DNA of 62,901 nt, the filler included, from Salisapilia sapeloensis CBS 127946 (taxonomy: Eukaryota > Protista > Oomycota), in NCBI GenBank assembly GCA_023334545.1. It is 17 parts of 17 records of this genome, joined end to end, with 100 filler letters (N's around TTAATTAATTAA, not from the genome) between each part and the next. Parts side by side here need not be neighbours in the genome. Positions count along the whole stretch, not along the records: positions 7,386 to 21,307 come from JAADVB010000393.1; 16 more parts are not named here. One strand, given 5' to 3'. Both the position numbers and the translations under genes were made by a program. This document shows, one piece after another, positions 9,376 to 20,160 of this stretch (positions are counted from its first letter, which is position 1; the number at the start of each line of letters is the position of its first letter). A model generated the notes under the pieces. It was not told where the DNA came from and made no database searches. It worked only from the letters and a program-made list of their open reading frames with translations.

Positions 9376-10680
9376 TCATGATATTTGCTTCCAAAGGAAG
9401 TAGACTACTAGTAGGCTTAGCCAAGCTCGTACGAGTACACCTGTCCGTAGATCTCGATCCTGAGGTTGTACCACTGGAGTAGGAGGCAACACTTTTTCCA
9501 TCATTACTACTTGATCGCCACAAAGAAAGAGTTGGATGTCGTCTTTCGGACATGCCTCGGTGTGTCTTTTTAGCTCGACCTTGGTGCTAAATGATTTTTT
9601 CCCGTTTGGATTCAGTTCCCGTGCCGAAACTGTTGTTGACGCCATGAGAAGTGCTCGAAAGAAACCTTGGTCCCACAGTTCGAATGAAATGTCTGAATCC
9701 TTTAGCTCGACATTGATATTCCTCCATTGTGGACAAGAAGATCGTTTGGAAACGTAGCTTTGGAAGATGACTTGGTCCTGATGCTTGATGATAAGGAAAG
9801 GATTCACTTGTTTGCGACGACGTAACAGTGGTAGGACACTCGTGGAGGCACTATACAAGGTCATTTTCCCATAAATACGCTTGGATGGTGCAAGCCCCTC
9901 TGACATGGATTTAGGACGAGGTTTCTCCCGACGTTGACGAGGCATCCCGTTGATGACGTCAACTGCTTCGGAAGCGAGTTCAGTTCCGGAGGATGCGCGA
10001 CGGAGCTCGTCAGTACAGCCACCATCGTTCGATAAATCGGACTTTCGAAGGCTCGAAAGGTTGAAACTACGACGCAAGTCGACTGCCGAACCTGTTTTGA
10101 CGTCTCGAAGGAGGATGTGAGAGATGGACGTGATGATGGCGCCACGTTTCCATTGGATGATTTCCGTGAGAAGCGGCTGACGGAAGACGACGCCAGCGTC
10201 GTAGGTATATTGCGACTTTGTGGGGCCACTTAGCGTGGGACTGTTCTTCAGTTGTAGCTGTCTGCTCAGTTTGCCCACTTGGTCACCTACGAGATGAGCT
10301 AAGACTGCGTCTTGACCACGTATGATTTCATTATCCATCGTCCGCATTTCGACGTTCTTATCTAGAAACTGGTGCAGTCGCATGGTGTCGCTCTCCTTGA
10401 GTGCATGAGCAAAGGTCGAATGGAGAAGCAAAAGATCCTCTACTCGAGGAGACACCGAGTTGTCGTCATTGCTGCGCTCGGAGCGAGTATCGTCCAATTC
10501 GTCGAGTGTCATTCTATCACTTCCGTTCGGGACCGTTTCTTCCAATTGGGCACTCGGACCTGGTAATGGTGGTAGCACTTTTCGTCGATGTGGTGCATTT
10601 GCAGGTGGTGCGGTAGCGGCGAGCGCATCAGCGGCCCTCGGCCGATCAGACTTGCCTATGGCATCCTGGACTGCCCCCAT
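9376..10680 (-). CDS. Hypothetical protein: NTF2/SnoaL-like + C2-like + C-terminal TM anchor
   Basis: 434-aa ORF. LHQFLDKNVEMRT..IRGQDAV looks SnoaL-like; VNPFLII..SCPQW..ISFELWD looks C2-like; hydrophobic tail VLVRAWLSLLVVYFLW. Confidence 0.7.
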   Translation of the reverse strand: MGAVQDAIGKSDRPRAADALAATAPPANAPHRRKVLPPLPGPSAQLEETVPNGSDRMTLDELDDTRSERSNDDNSVSPRVEDLLLLHSTFAHALKESDTMRLHQFLDKNVEMRTMDNEIIRGQDAVLAHLVGDQVGKLSRQLQLKNSPTLSGPTKSQYTYDAGVVFRQPLLTEIIQWKRGAIITSISHILLRDVKTGSAVDLRRSFNLSSLRKSDLSNDGGCTDELRRASSGTELASEAVDVINGMPRQRREKPRPKSMSEGLAPSKRIYGKMTLYSASTSVLPLLRRRKQVNPFLIIKHQDQVIFQSYVSKRSSCPQWRNINVELKDSDISFELWDQGFFRALLMASTTVSARELNPNGKKSFSTKVELKRHTEACPKDDIQLFLCGDQVVMMEKVLPPTPVVQPQDRDLRTGVLVRAWLSLLVVYFLWKQIS

Positions 10681-11132
10681 TGCGAATTATAATTAGACGA
10701 ACGGTCGCAGGTGCCAGTTGCGTAGTGTTTCAATAGAAAAAGTGAGCCCTTCGCGAACACGCCGCCTGATTCTGCCAGATTATGCTGATTTACCATCAAC
10801 GATGATGATACTTTGAATGGTGGTGGCTACACTTTTTACGAGAAATATTTCTGGATGGATGATGATGTACGAAACATGGAATGGTAAGAGCAAAGCACTT
10901 GTATTCGTATCCACCGATTCATGGGTAAGACGACTTGACAAACACATTCGATATTCCTACTGTCGAAGTAGCGACTCCATCTAGAGAGTGCCATCTGTAG
11001 CCGATCGTGCATTCCACGAATGTGTAATAATCCAACTAAAATCTAGAATCAGTCAAATAAAATAATAATTAGCCAGATAAATTTTTTATTTTACCAAAAG
11101 GTGGTAAAAACGACAATACCCAACCGACGACC

Positions 11133-12458
11133 ATGGGCACCTCCGGTCGAGATGAGCAGGCGTCTCTTATTCGGTCAAATGGTTCTACCTCCTCTAGCCA
11201 CCGCCGACGTTCAAGTCAGCCCAAGTCTGGGGAGTCGCTAGGCCACACTCATCCAGGGTCAGCTCTATCCTCGTACCTCGGACTCGCCTCGACCATGATT
11301 GGGTCAGGCGTGCTAGTCCTGCCTGGCGCGACTGCTGCGCTAGGCATGACACCGACTCTCCTACTAATCCTGTGCTTTGCTATCTTTACGTTCTACACGT
11401 TTGAAATCCTACGCGTCGTCTCGGACGTCACGAACCTCTACTCGTACGAATCCTTGTCGAACAAACTGTTCGGTCCGACCGGCGTCTGGACGGTCCGAGT
11501 CACGACGCTGCTACTAGTATTCGGAGCTATGATCGTCGTTATCATCCTAGGTGTAGACATGCTAGAACCGTTCCTTGGTGACGTCATGAGTCGTGGTACG
11601 TTGGGACTCGTATACACTTTGCTCGCGGTCCCACTCTGTCTGCCAGAGACCATCTACGCCTTGCGTTACTCGAATGCAGTTGCTGCCGTGTGTCTACTCT
11701 ATATCCTCCTATCTCTCCTCATCAAGTCCTTCTCTCCCATCGACGTCGTGACACGAAGTGAATACACGCAGCATCAAGAGAGTAAAGTGACCTTGGACGA
11801 CCCCAAGGTCGAATTTAATTCGGAGCTCGCTGCTTTTGCCTACGCCGTCCCGATCATCGCTATGGCCTATTGCTGTCAGCTAAACATCCCTCGCGCCTAC
11901 GATGAAATCCATGACAAGAGCGAAACTACTAAAGTGCACATCGCGACGGCTGCCTCTGGCTGTCTATTAAATATCCTCTTCGCCGTGTTTGGTTCCCTCG
12001 CCTTTGCCGGCCACCCTCCGTCCGACCTACTCACAGGGTTCCCACCTGGCGATGGTGTCATCAACGCCGCGCGTATCTGTCTTGCCGTCACGTCCTTGGC
12101 TCGACTCCCGATGATGTTCCAGCCGATGCGTCAGGCGCTGGAGATCGTATGTCTTGGCCATGGCCGGACGAATATGCCGTTCCGAGTCGTTATCACGATC
12201 GTCTTCCTCCTGGTGTCGTACATGGCGGCATCCTCCGCCAAGGACATGGGCATGGTGATGGCGTTCAATGGCGCCATCGCTGGTATCTTTCTCGCATACA
12301 CCGTCCCAGGGTGGATGCTACATGAAGTGCGTCGTAGCTACGGAGCAGAAGTCCATATTGGCACGTCCCGTTGGTTCACGAAGAAAGCCGGGAGTACGGT
12401 TGCTGGTATTGGCATGGCAATGTCGATCGTCTCGGTCCTCTACCTCATCTTTACGTAA
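11133..12458 (+). CDS. Amino acid transporter (AAAP / Aa_trans, SLC38-like)
   Basis: About 11 TM helices; STMIGSGVLVLP, YSYESL and AYCCQLNIP motifs. Confidence 0.92.
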   Translation: MGTSGRDEQASLIRSNGSTSSSHRRRSSQPKSGESLGHTHPGSALSSYLGLASTMIGSGVLVLPGATAALGMTPTLLLILCFAIFTFYTFEILRVVSDVTNLYSYESLSNKLFGPTGVWTVRVTTLLLVFGAMIVVIILGVDMLEPFLGDVMSRGTLGLVYTLLAVPLCLPETIYALRYSNAVAAVCLLYILLSLLIKSFSPIDVVTRSEYTQHQESKVTLDDPKVEFNSELAAFAYAVPIIAMAYCCQLNIPRAYDEIHDKSETTKVHIATAASGCLLNILFAVFGSLAFAGHPPSDLLTGFPPGDGVINAARICLAVTSLARLPMMFQPMRQALEIVCLGHGRTNMPFRVVITIVFLLVSYMAASSAKDMGMVMAFNGAIAGIFLAYTVPGWMLHEVRRSYGAEVHIGTSRWFTKKAGSTVAGIGMAMSIVSVLYLIFT

Positions 12459-12599
12459 GAACGAATAGACGTACGTGGTTGCTTGCACATCGATTCCTCT
12501 AGATACCATATAGATACAGTCTATGCCGACAGATACCGAGAGAACAAGGAACACAGGATACGAGTTGAAAAAGAATGATCAATTGCTGACGATTTCCAT

Positions 12600-13580
12600 C
12601 TACTTGGTGCTGCCACCAAAGAGATTTTCATTAAAAACAGCCTTGGCCTTGTGCTGTTTATCACGGAGGTGGATGACAGTGCAGCAGACGTTGCAAAGTC
12701 GACCGGTTTCCGTGTTCTGAGATCCAGTGCCGACGCCACGCTTGGCCTCGGATGCCTTTAATGAACAGTTCTTGCATATCGTCCGGCCGCATAGGTTGCA
12801 GTCTTTAAACGTATCGAGCATGCCTTTCGGGTTTTTACATATCTTGCAACTAGTTCGAGGGACATTGACGGGTGCATTCTGCGTTCCTTCTTGCATGTAG
12901 CAAATGAGTTTAATCAACGTCTTCTTCGGTACGACGTCGCTCACCATGACGCCATTGCTGTCAGGTAAGTTGATGATCGCACCTTGGGCCACGAGAGCTC
13001 CTGCGATCTCAATGAGCTGGCGCTCCACTGCTAGATGCAAGTATGTGGTTGAGTTCTCTACCACGAGTTCATTTAGCTGTACTTCTCCGCTCTTTGTTAG
13101 CATTTTCGTGATAGTCGGATCATCGTACTTGGCTGTCATGAGGTGGATGGCAAGCGGCGTTTGACCACGCACGTTGACGGCCGTGGGTGAGGCGCCCATA
13201 TCTAGCAAAAGTTCGACCATATCGTACTCCATCCCTTCCTTATTCGCGCTAGCTGCAAAGTGTAGTGGTGTGTTGGCATGTCGGTCGCCGACATTAACAT
13301 GATCCTGCACGCGCGGGAGGTTTGCGAGTGCTCGCAGCACTTCGACATGACCTTTTTTCACGGCGATGTGGAGCGCCGACTGATGGTTCTTCCGTTCGCG
13401 TAATTGAAGGATCGAAGCGGAGGAGACGGAGGTCCTGTTGGCTGGCGACGACGCCGAGGACGAGGACGAGTTGGTCGACGACGACGCTCGCAGCTCGTCG
13501 CCGATGTCCTCTAGATCATACCCGAATTTCTGAAGCGTTGCGATGAGTACGCGAGCGGTAGCGTTCTCCTTTTCGTCCAT
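12600..13580 (-). CDS. Ankyrin-repeat protein with a FYVE-like zinc finger
   Basis: ALHIAVKKGH, TPLHFAA, GQTPLAIH and TYLHLAV ankyrin motifs; C-terminal CxxC..CxxCGRTICKNC..CxxC. Confidence 0.88.
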   Translation of the reverse strand: MDEKENATARVLIATLQKFGYDLEDIGDELRASSSTNSSSSSASSPANRTSVSSASILQLRERKNHQSALHIAVKKGHVEVLRALANLPRVQDHVNVGDRHANTPLHFAASANKEGMEYDMVELLLDMGASPTAVNVRGQTPLAIHLMTAKYDDPTITKMLTKSGEVQLNELVVENSTTYLHLAVERQLIEIAGALVAQGAIINLPDSNGVMVSDVVPKKTLIKLICYMQEGTQNAPVNVPRTSCKICKNPKGMLDTFKDCNLCGRTICKNCSLKASEAKRGVGTGSQNTETGRLCNVCCTVIHLRDKQHKAKAVFNENLFGGSTK

Positions 13581-13836
13581 AGTACTGTTCTTTTCAGTGT
13601 AAAATGATCAAATAATGCTAAGAGGAACGTAGACTCGGTAGCAGTTGTGGTAGCTGTCGACAAGAGAGCGAATGATGTCGGGCGATAGAAGTCGTACAAG
13701 ATAGAAACGTGTGTGTTTTTTCGGTCCGCGTGATGTTCCTCTGCGAACTGCAGGAAACGACCGGACTACACTTGTTCTGGCCTAAATATCCAGTCCTAGC
13801 GTTCATTTATTTCTTGACAACGAGACAATTGTGCAA

Positions 13837-14785
13837 ATGGCTGGTTCATTGTGGCAAGCAGACGTGGATGCTTGGCGACGGACGTGGCAAATGTATACCG
13901 ACGCAGTCGAGTTACTTGGGGTAGTCTACAGCACGCCAGAGTGCCTTTTCGGGCACGCACGGCTCTTTCTGTTCCATCATTAGCTTCGTATGTAAATGTA
14001 ATGGGTTAGAATTCGCACCCGAAGCGGAGCAAGTTGGTCGAGCTGGATTCTTGGGCTCGAAATTCGTTACCATCATTGCTTCATGATCGAGATCCGGAGC
14101 CGTATCTCCGTCAGCCTGAGTTGGTCCAACTTATGGAGTGGAAACTCACCAAAGGCAAATGGTATTCGATCCTGAACTTGTTGGTAATCGACAGAACCCA
14201 TACTGTGCTGTCTATATCTGCAGGAGACCACAATTGCTAGGGTACGTGAAAGCGCTGGAGGAGGACGCGGTCAAGGATCAGTCAAAAGCAGCGTTAGAGA
14301 CCATACGGAGCGATGCATCCAGTGTGAAACAAGCGACGGAGCAACTCTGTGTGCTAAAAGGCGTAAGATTCTATCGTGAATCAAGCGTCAACCACTTTTA
14401 ACACTCCCATACGAAAGGTCGGACCAGCAACTGCTTCGGCCGTCTTGGCAGCATATGACGACAACGTTCCATTTATGAGCGACGAGGCACTCGAAGCCGT
14501 TGCACGTAGTATCAACCTGTCTTTCCTTCATATACTAGGATACTACATGTCTAGCTAGATATAATCGGTCCTCGCAAGTACACGTTGTCTCATTTCCTCA
14601 AGTTCGTTGACACGATGCAGAGCAAAGCAGACGAGCTGAATAAAGAATCGGATGACGAATGGACACCTCAGGGCATCCAACTCTGTCTATTCGCGGCAGA
14701 TCATCTGGAAGAGTCAAACGGTCCTACGAAACGTAAAGTAGAGAGTAAGCCAACGGCTACATCAAAACGTAGTCGTCGCAAATGA
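13837..14785 (+). CDS. 5-exon HhH DNA-glycosylase-like protein (Amun-like family)
   Basis: Introns 13921-14009, 14162-14223, 14363-14417 and 14506-14558. Motifs ELVQLMEWKLTKGKWRPQL, HhH LCVLKGVGPATASAVLA and VPFMSDEA; basic C-tail. Confidence 0.8.
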
Positions 14786-14804
14786 AAATCTATTTTTCCA
14801 TCCA

Positions 14805-16119
14805 CTACAAAATGCCCAACGTACGTAAGCGACTTTCATACTCGTTCCGGCCAATGTAGCATCCGATGAGCGACCTCTCTCCGCCTTCAAAAGCTCGGCG
14901 GCCGTGCATAACACGTTGGTTGTCGACGAGAACCATGTCACCGACACCCAATCGGACACTCACGCCCATGCTCTCGTCCCGTAGAATCGCCATTATCTTC
15001 TCATGCGCATCGTAAAACTTGGAAATCTGGTCAAAGCTTAAGTATGTCAACGGCGCTCGGTCGTAGTCATTATGACGGAACTGGACGACGTTGCCTTGGT
15101 AGTCCAACTTAATCAAAGGTTCCAATGTCGTCAAGTGCGTGCCATCATCGAATGAGTGGTACCGCAGCGGTACTGTCGTCAAGAGCTCAAACGCATCAGG
15201 ATGTTGCGCACGCAGCTTTTCAGCGACATGGAAACCGTCGGTGTAGAGACTATCTCCACCCGTCCCGGCTTGGGCAATGCAATTGAAAATCTGTAGACCT
15301 GGTGGCTCGCGCATGTACGTGCCATCTGTGTGATGCAAGAGTTCCATGTTCGTACTAGCTGTATCGTTATAACTCTGGTCGTCGTTCTGTGGATTCGTCG
15401 TCCACATGGTACCGTAGATCGTCTCTAGGATGAATCCAATTTGACGTGAAAACCTTTCCGTCTCATCCATGGAGCTTGGCGTGTCTTTCACCAAGACGAC
15501 ACCGTATATGTGCAAGTCGGACATGACAGGATAAATGTCGTTTGCGACGGATGCATACGGATGAGATGGAATGGTTAGTGAGCTATCCCATAGTGCTTTG
15601 CCGTTTAATGTCGGCTGATGGAGATCCGAAATTGAAGCGCGAGTCTCCGGCTCCGAGTATGCGTGATGACGTAACCAAGTGGAGTCAAAGGAGCTTGACT
15701 GGCACGTTGATCCTTTCTACAATAAAAGTATTAGTGCATGCTGTAGAGTATGATGGTTGCATCGAAACACATACAATGAGATCCTTCCAATTGATGCCAA
15801 GTGCATTATCCTCCCTATCGAGCATGTCCTTAATCGCAACTTGACAAGACGGATTAGCATCGATGGATGCAGTGTCAATTTGACGTTGCAACGTGTCTGG
15901 GTGTTGGCATGCACCGCAGGTACAATGATCACGCAGCCACTTTTTGTGGAATCGAGCCGAGAAGCCGTCCTCCCATGTCACTCGGATGGCCGAGGTTGCG
16001 TCTAGTTCCTCGACTTGAGCGAGTTTGGAGGCATTTCGAACGGCAAGATGCTGGCAATGAGATTGCCATAGGCTACCTGCTCGAATGGATCTAGGATGAA
16101 GTGCTCGAAGGAGGTTCAT
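14805..16119 (-). CDS. TMLHE: Trimethyllysine / gamma-butyrobetaine dioxygenase family (2OG-Fe(II)), 2 exons, 418 aa
   Basis: Intron 15717-15774. N-terminal targeting peptide, WLRDHCTC..C domain, HxD (HHTDGTY), EPPGLQ and DNQRVMHGRRAF motifs. TMLD versus BBOX judged by eye. Confidence 0.85.
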
Positions 16120-16472
16120 TATGCGTCAAAGTCGTCGGAGAGTTTTATGCGACTTGCGTGTCAAAATGACAAGCTGAAGGATTACGTAGACGTACTTCAA
16201 TATCAGAGCTTTAAAGGTCGTATGCTGAAGACAAGATAAAAATAGTATCTTGATGCTGTGTCTGAACTATATTAGTCATGGGGTAGCTATAGGAAGTGTC
16301 ATGGTGTTTTATGTAGATATCGTATCCTTTGTAGGACATTGAAGCAACTTTCGAACATGTTTTCAACGAATGAATTAGCAGTTTAGCCAGCTATCTACAC
16401 CCGATGTCACACTCGACAGCAGCATCGTTGTCAATATGCGAGCTTTCACGACGAATGCCATGTATGGAACAT

Positions 16473-16667
16473 CTATAAGTTACTCCATGGGATTTTCACT
16501 GTGAAAGCAAGCTTCCGCGTTGGAATATTATTTAACGGAATCTCTGGCATCTTGTGTAGCATTCGTTCATTTTCATGAGCTGGCGAAGTTGGAGAGTTGA
16601 TTTCGATCGGGGAAACGAGTGAGAGGCAGAGTAATACCAAGAAAGTTGAAAAGTATAACGCTGCCAT
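16473..16667 (-). CDS. Candidate small secreted peptide (64 aa)
   Basis: Signal-peptide-like MAALYFSTFLVLLCLSLVSP; no homology recognised. Confidence 0.25.
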   Translation of the reverse strand: MAALYFSTFLVLLCLSLVSPIEINSPTSPAHENERMLHKMPEIPLNNIPTRKLAFTVKIPWSNL

Positions 16668-17357
16668 ACGGCTGTGGGCATTCATGCTTCTTAGCGATTC
16701 AATTTAATTGTGCAATCTGCGGACTTTGGTCCAGCACAATAGTTGAAGCTTTACTTCGCTTTCATTTCTATAAATGGCAATTTGTTGGAATATCTTTTTC
16801 GTACCAATGACCCATAATTCTAGATCTGGATGATCCCAGGAGAAACCTGGTGTATGATTTCGAACATGACTTGAAGATTTTCTGGTCAATGTCGACGGTT
16901 TCTGGATATCTGAGAAGCTAGCTTTAATTTTACTTTACTGACCTTATATCGTCTGCTTTGGGCCGGATACATAACGTCTGGATATTGAAAATGGAACGGG
17001 TGAAGCAGAAAGTAGCAATAGTACCAGACAGAAAGATGGGCCTGGAAAAAGTCGAAGGCTTAAGACGAGCCTTTAATGTCAAATTCTTTGTAATTTCTAT
17101 TGGATGTGTTTTGAGGGCCTATCTGCTACATATGTAGCCTCAATATAACGAATAACCACTAGAGTGCCTTTCAAGTCGATAGACGTTACCGGACTTGGAC
17201 CTTGCATAAAGTCATTGAATGCATCGAAAAGCAGGTTTCATGTTATCTTAGATTCTGTATAAACCTGATACTCGATAAAGAGGTTGCATAAGACTTCTAT
17301 GATTCTATAAAGAAGAGGTTTCTACATGCTAACAACCTCATGCTATATTAAAATTCA

Positions 17358-18493
17358 TCAGATCTTGTGCGATTGAAGCTTGCTCAGCGCCTCAATGAGC
17401 CGTTCCCAGCTTTGCGTATTTGCGATCGAGTCTGGTACGTAGCCAAATTTGCGTCTAATGACAGTGTGTACGACCCCCAAGTACTCTTGTGCCTCTTTCA
17501 CAAGTGCCGGAATCAGTTGCGAGGTGTTGGAGTGCCACTCTCGTAGTTTTGTTACTTTAGCTTTCGCATCGTGCAACTTTCGCTCGGCATACTCCTTTCC
17601 ATGCTTTAGTTCTGCAACTTGCGCAAGATGCCCCATGAAAGCATTTTCAGCATCTTGCGTCAACTTCCGAACTTTATCTTGAAGACGTCCAACCTGTTGT
17701 TCACATTCCTCCAAACGTAGTGCTAACGCGTGCTCTCTCCTGTCTGAATTGAAGAAATTATCCTGAAGCCATCTTAAACAACTTGAAGACACAGCATCGA
17801 ATCCTGATAGCTGTATCCAGTTAGTCAATGCATCATACACTGGCGTTTCATAAGCAGGAGTACCATCATTTCAGCTGAAGTGTCTGGCCTAGCGTCACTT
17901 CTTTCGTCCGCTTGAACTAACCTACTTTCCCTCTTAAATGCTTCGACGCTGTCAGGTGTCAAGCCTGGCGAAGACTGGGTTTTAAGCTTTTCTAAAGGAT
18001 GCACGTCTGCAGTTGTGTCTAACTTGGTATCAAATCGTTCAGTGTACTCTCGAATGGCAATGAGTCCATCCAGATGCTGCGTGAACACTTCTGCAAGTAG
18101 TCTTAACCTTGTTTCAATCAATTGAATATGACCGTTCGCGATTTCATTCGCCTCTGTCTTCCTACCCACTTCCACTTGTAACTTGTCTACTTTCTCTTTC
18201 AAGTCAAAAATCTCATCTTCCATTTCATCATTCCTCGTCTTTAAGTGCTGCCTCATATCCAATCCTTGCTTTTGCTTTTGTAACTTTTCATGCAACTGTC
18301 TAGCAAGGGCCAATTGATTCTCCGCTTCCCGTCTCTTCGGTCCGATCCAAGACAAGTGTTTCCTCGCTCTTTCCTGCCACTCTCTCAACTCTGTATTCTC
18401 TTTCATCAACATATCTACTTCATCTTTCAAGTGAAAGTTTTCCTGCTCTAACGCTGCGATCGTTACTTGTACATCATCGCTCATACTCGCCAT
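17358..18493 (-). CDS. Coiled-coil protein split over two overlapping frames
   Basis: ORFs 17825-18568 and 17358-17840 are both heptad-rich and overlap. They join by either a short intron or a 1-nt frameshift near 17870. Confidence 0.65.
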
Positions 18494-18578
18494 GCTTTTG
18501 AAAGGACAAGTCGTGTATCCGTTTTGCTTTATTAAGAAATCCGTTATCGAAATGTCGTCAACAAGCACTACTATCGAT

Positions 18579-20160
18579 CTAGGCCGTCCCTCGTTTCTTT
18601 CGAAAGACTAAGACTTGGTACAGCCCAGCAATCTCCCACTCGGCATCGGAGATCGAGCCATGGCAATTCGCGACACGCATCTTGCGCAAAAGTTCCTGAT
18701 GCTTTTGCATCTTGCTTTTAATATACGAATGGAAGTTTTCCTGTAGCACGAGTTCCAAGCCATATTGGTCTAGTAGCTCGAGCAAGAGATCCAATGGTAC
18801 GAGGTACTCTGGCAAATCTACGGCAGCTGCCTCTTCCTTCTCATCAGCATTGTCTCGAAGCGTGAACTTATACCGAAGACCAAAGGAGCCGCGCTTCGAG
18901 GCATCATACCCGGTCACTTTCTCCTTCGTCTCATCATCCAACTGGATGGCACACACCTCTCGTCCTCGTTCATCTCGGATGGAAAAGTTGTCATTTGAAG
19001 CAAAGAACTTTTGTAAGACACGAGACGGATCGACGGTCGTCGCGATGACCGTGCCGTCGTCACTCAAGTGCGTTTGGATCATACGAAAGAAATTATGAGC
19101 TCGACTTTCATCGGCAAAGAGATAATGGAAGGAGAACTGAATCGAAAGAACATCAAAAGTGTCCGAAGGCGTGAGTGGGATGATGCGATGCCATCCTTCG
19201 TCTTCCGTCCAGGCATTTAACTCGTCGCGAGTGAAATCGACGATACCTAAATCGGCTTCAATGAATCGAATGTTTCGAAGACGATGACTGTCACGGTTGT
19301 TCGTCACGCGCTCGACGGCATCTCGTAGCGATTGGGCAGCGATGTCTGCTCCAATATAGGCCCGAACGCCTTGCTTGGTCCACTTCATCAGGTCGCCACC
19401 TTTACCACACGCAAGGTCAAAGACACGGTCGTTGCGATGCGCGTACTCGTTGATGAGGACGGATTTCACCCAATTGTTTAGATTGCGCATGTGGAAGAGT
19501 AGAGAGGACGTTCTATCCGTCGTTTTCGCTCGTTTCAACTGGTTGTAAAAGGAAGCAGCGGCTTGTTGGTCATTTGGCGAGACAGACGTGACGGTGGGAG
19601 TAGGCATGGAAGACGAGTCTAATAAAAAATCCGATTTTAAGATCAATAGTGGAGTTATAGGTAGTGATTGGCATACCCATGGGCGGTGGAGAGTCGGTAT
19701 TTGGGACGGCAGGTGGTCCAGGAGATAGTAGATCCTTTAGCGATCTCTTTTTGCTCAAGACAGGAGGCGCCGTCGTCTCCTGCTTCTCCTCTTGTGCATG
19801 GTTCGTCTCAGACACGGTATGCGTGGAAGGCGGTGCAGGCATGTCGTCTTCGTACTGTCGACTCGCTTCTTCCTGGTCAAAGCTATACTTCCTGTCTGTG
19901 TCATTCACGCTGTCTGCTTTCTCTGGCTTGTTACGCGTGGCAGTACCCTGCTTATCACTGATGTGGAAGTAGACTTTGCGCTTATTGTCGTCGAGCTGTT
20001 GGGACCAACCTTTTGGAAGGTCGTCAAAGAACCAGTAGACTTTGTTCGTCTGAGAGTTTAAGTAGTACGGGCGGTTTTCACGCCGAGACATGGCGATTTC
20101 CCATCCGTCCGGTAGCTCGCCATCGTCATTCATTTTGGTTGTAAATAATTTGTTGCTCAT
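18579..20160 (-). CDS. RNMT: mRNA cap guanine-N7 methyltransferase with two N-terminal WW domains (2 exons)
   Basis: MRNLNNWVKSVLI, SAM motif VFDLACGKGGDLMKW, QFSFHYLF and LPEYLV. A phase-1 intron at 19619-19676 (GTATGC..TTTATTAG) joins the WW exon in frame. Confidence 0.9.

Noticed and set aside
10795-10875. Two RTGATGA boxes as a C/D snoRNA
   Set aside because: No suitably placed CTGA D box or terminal stem.
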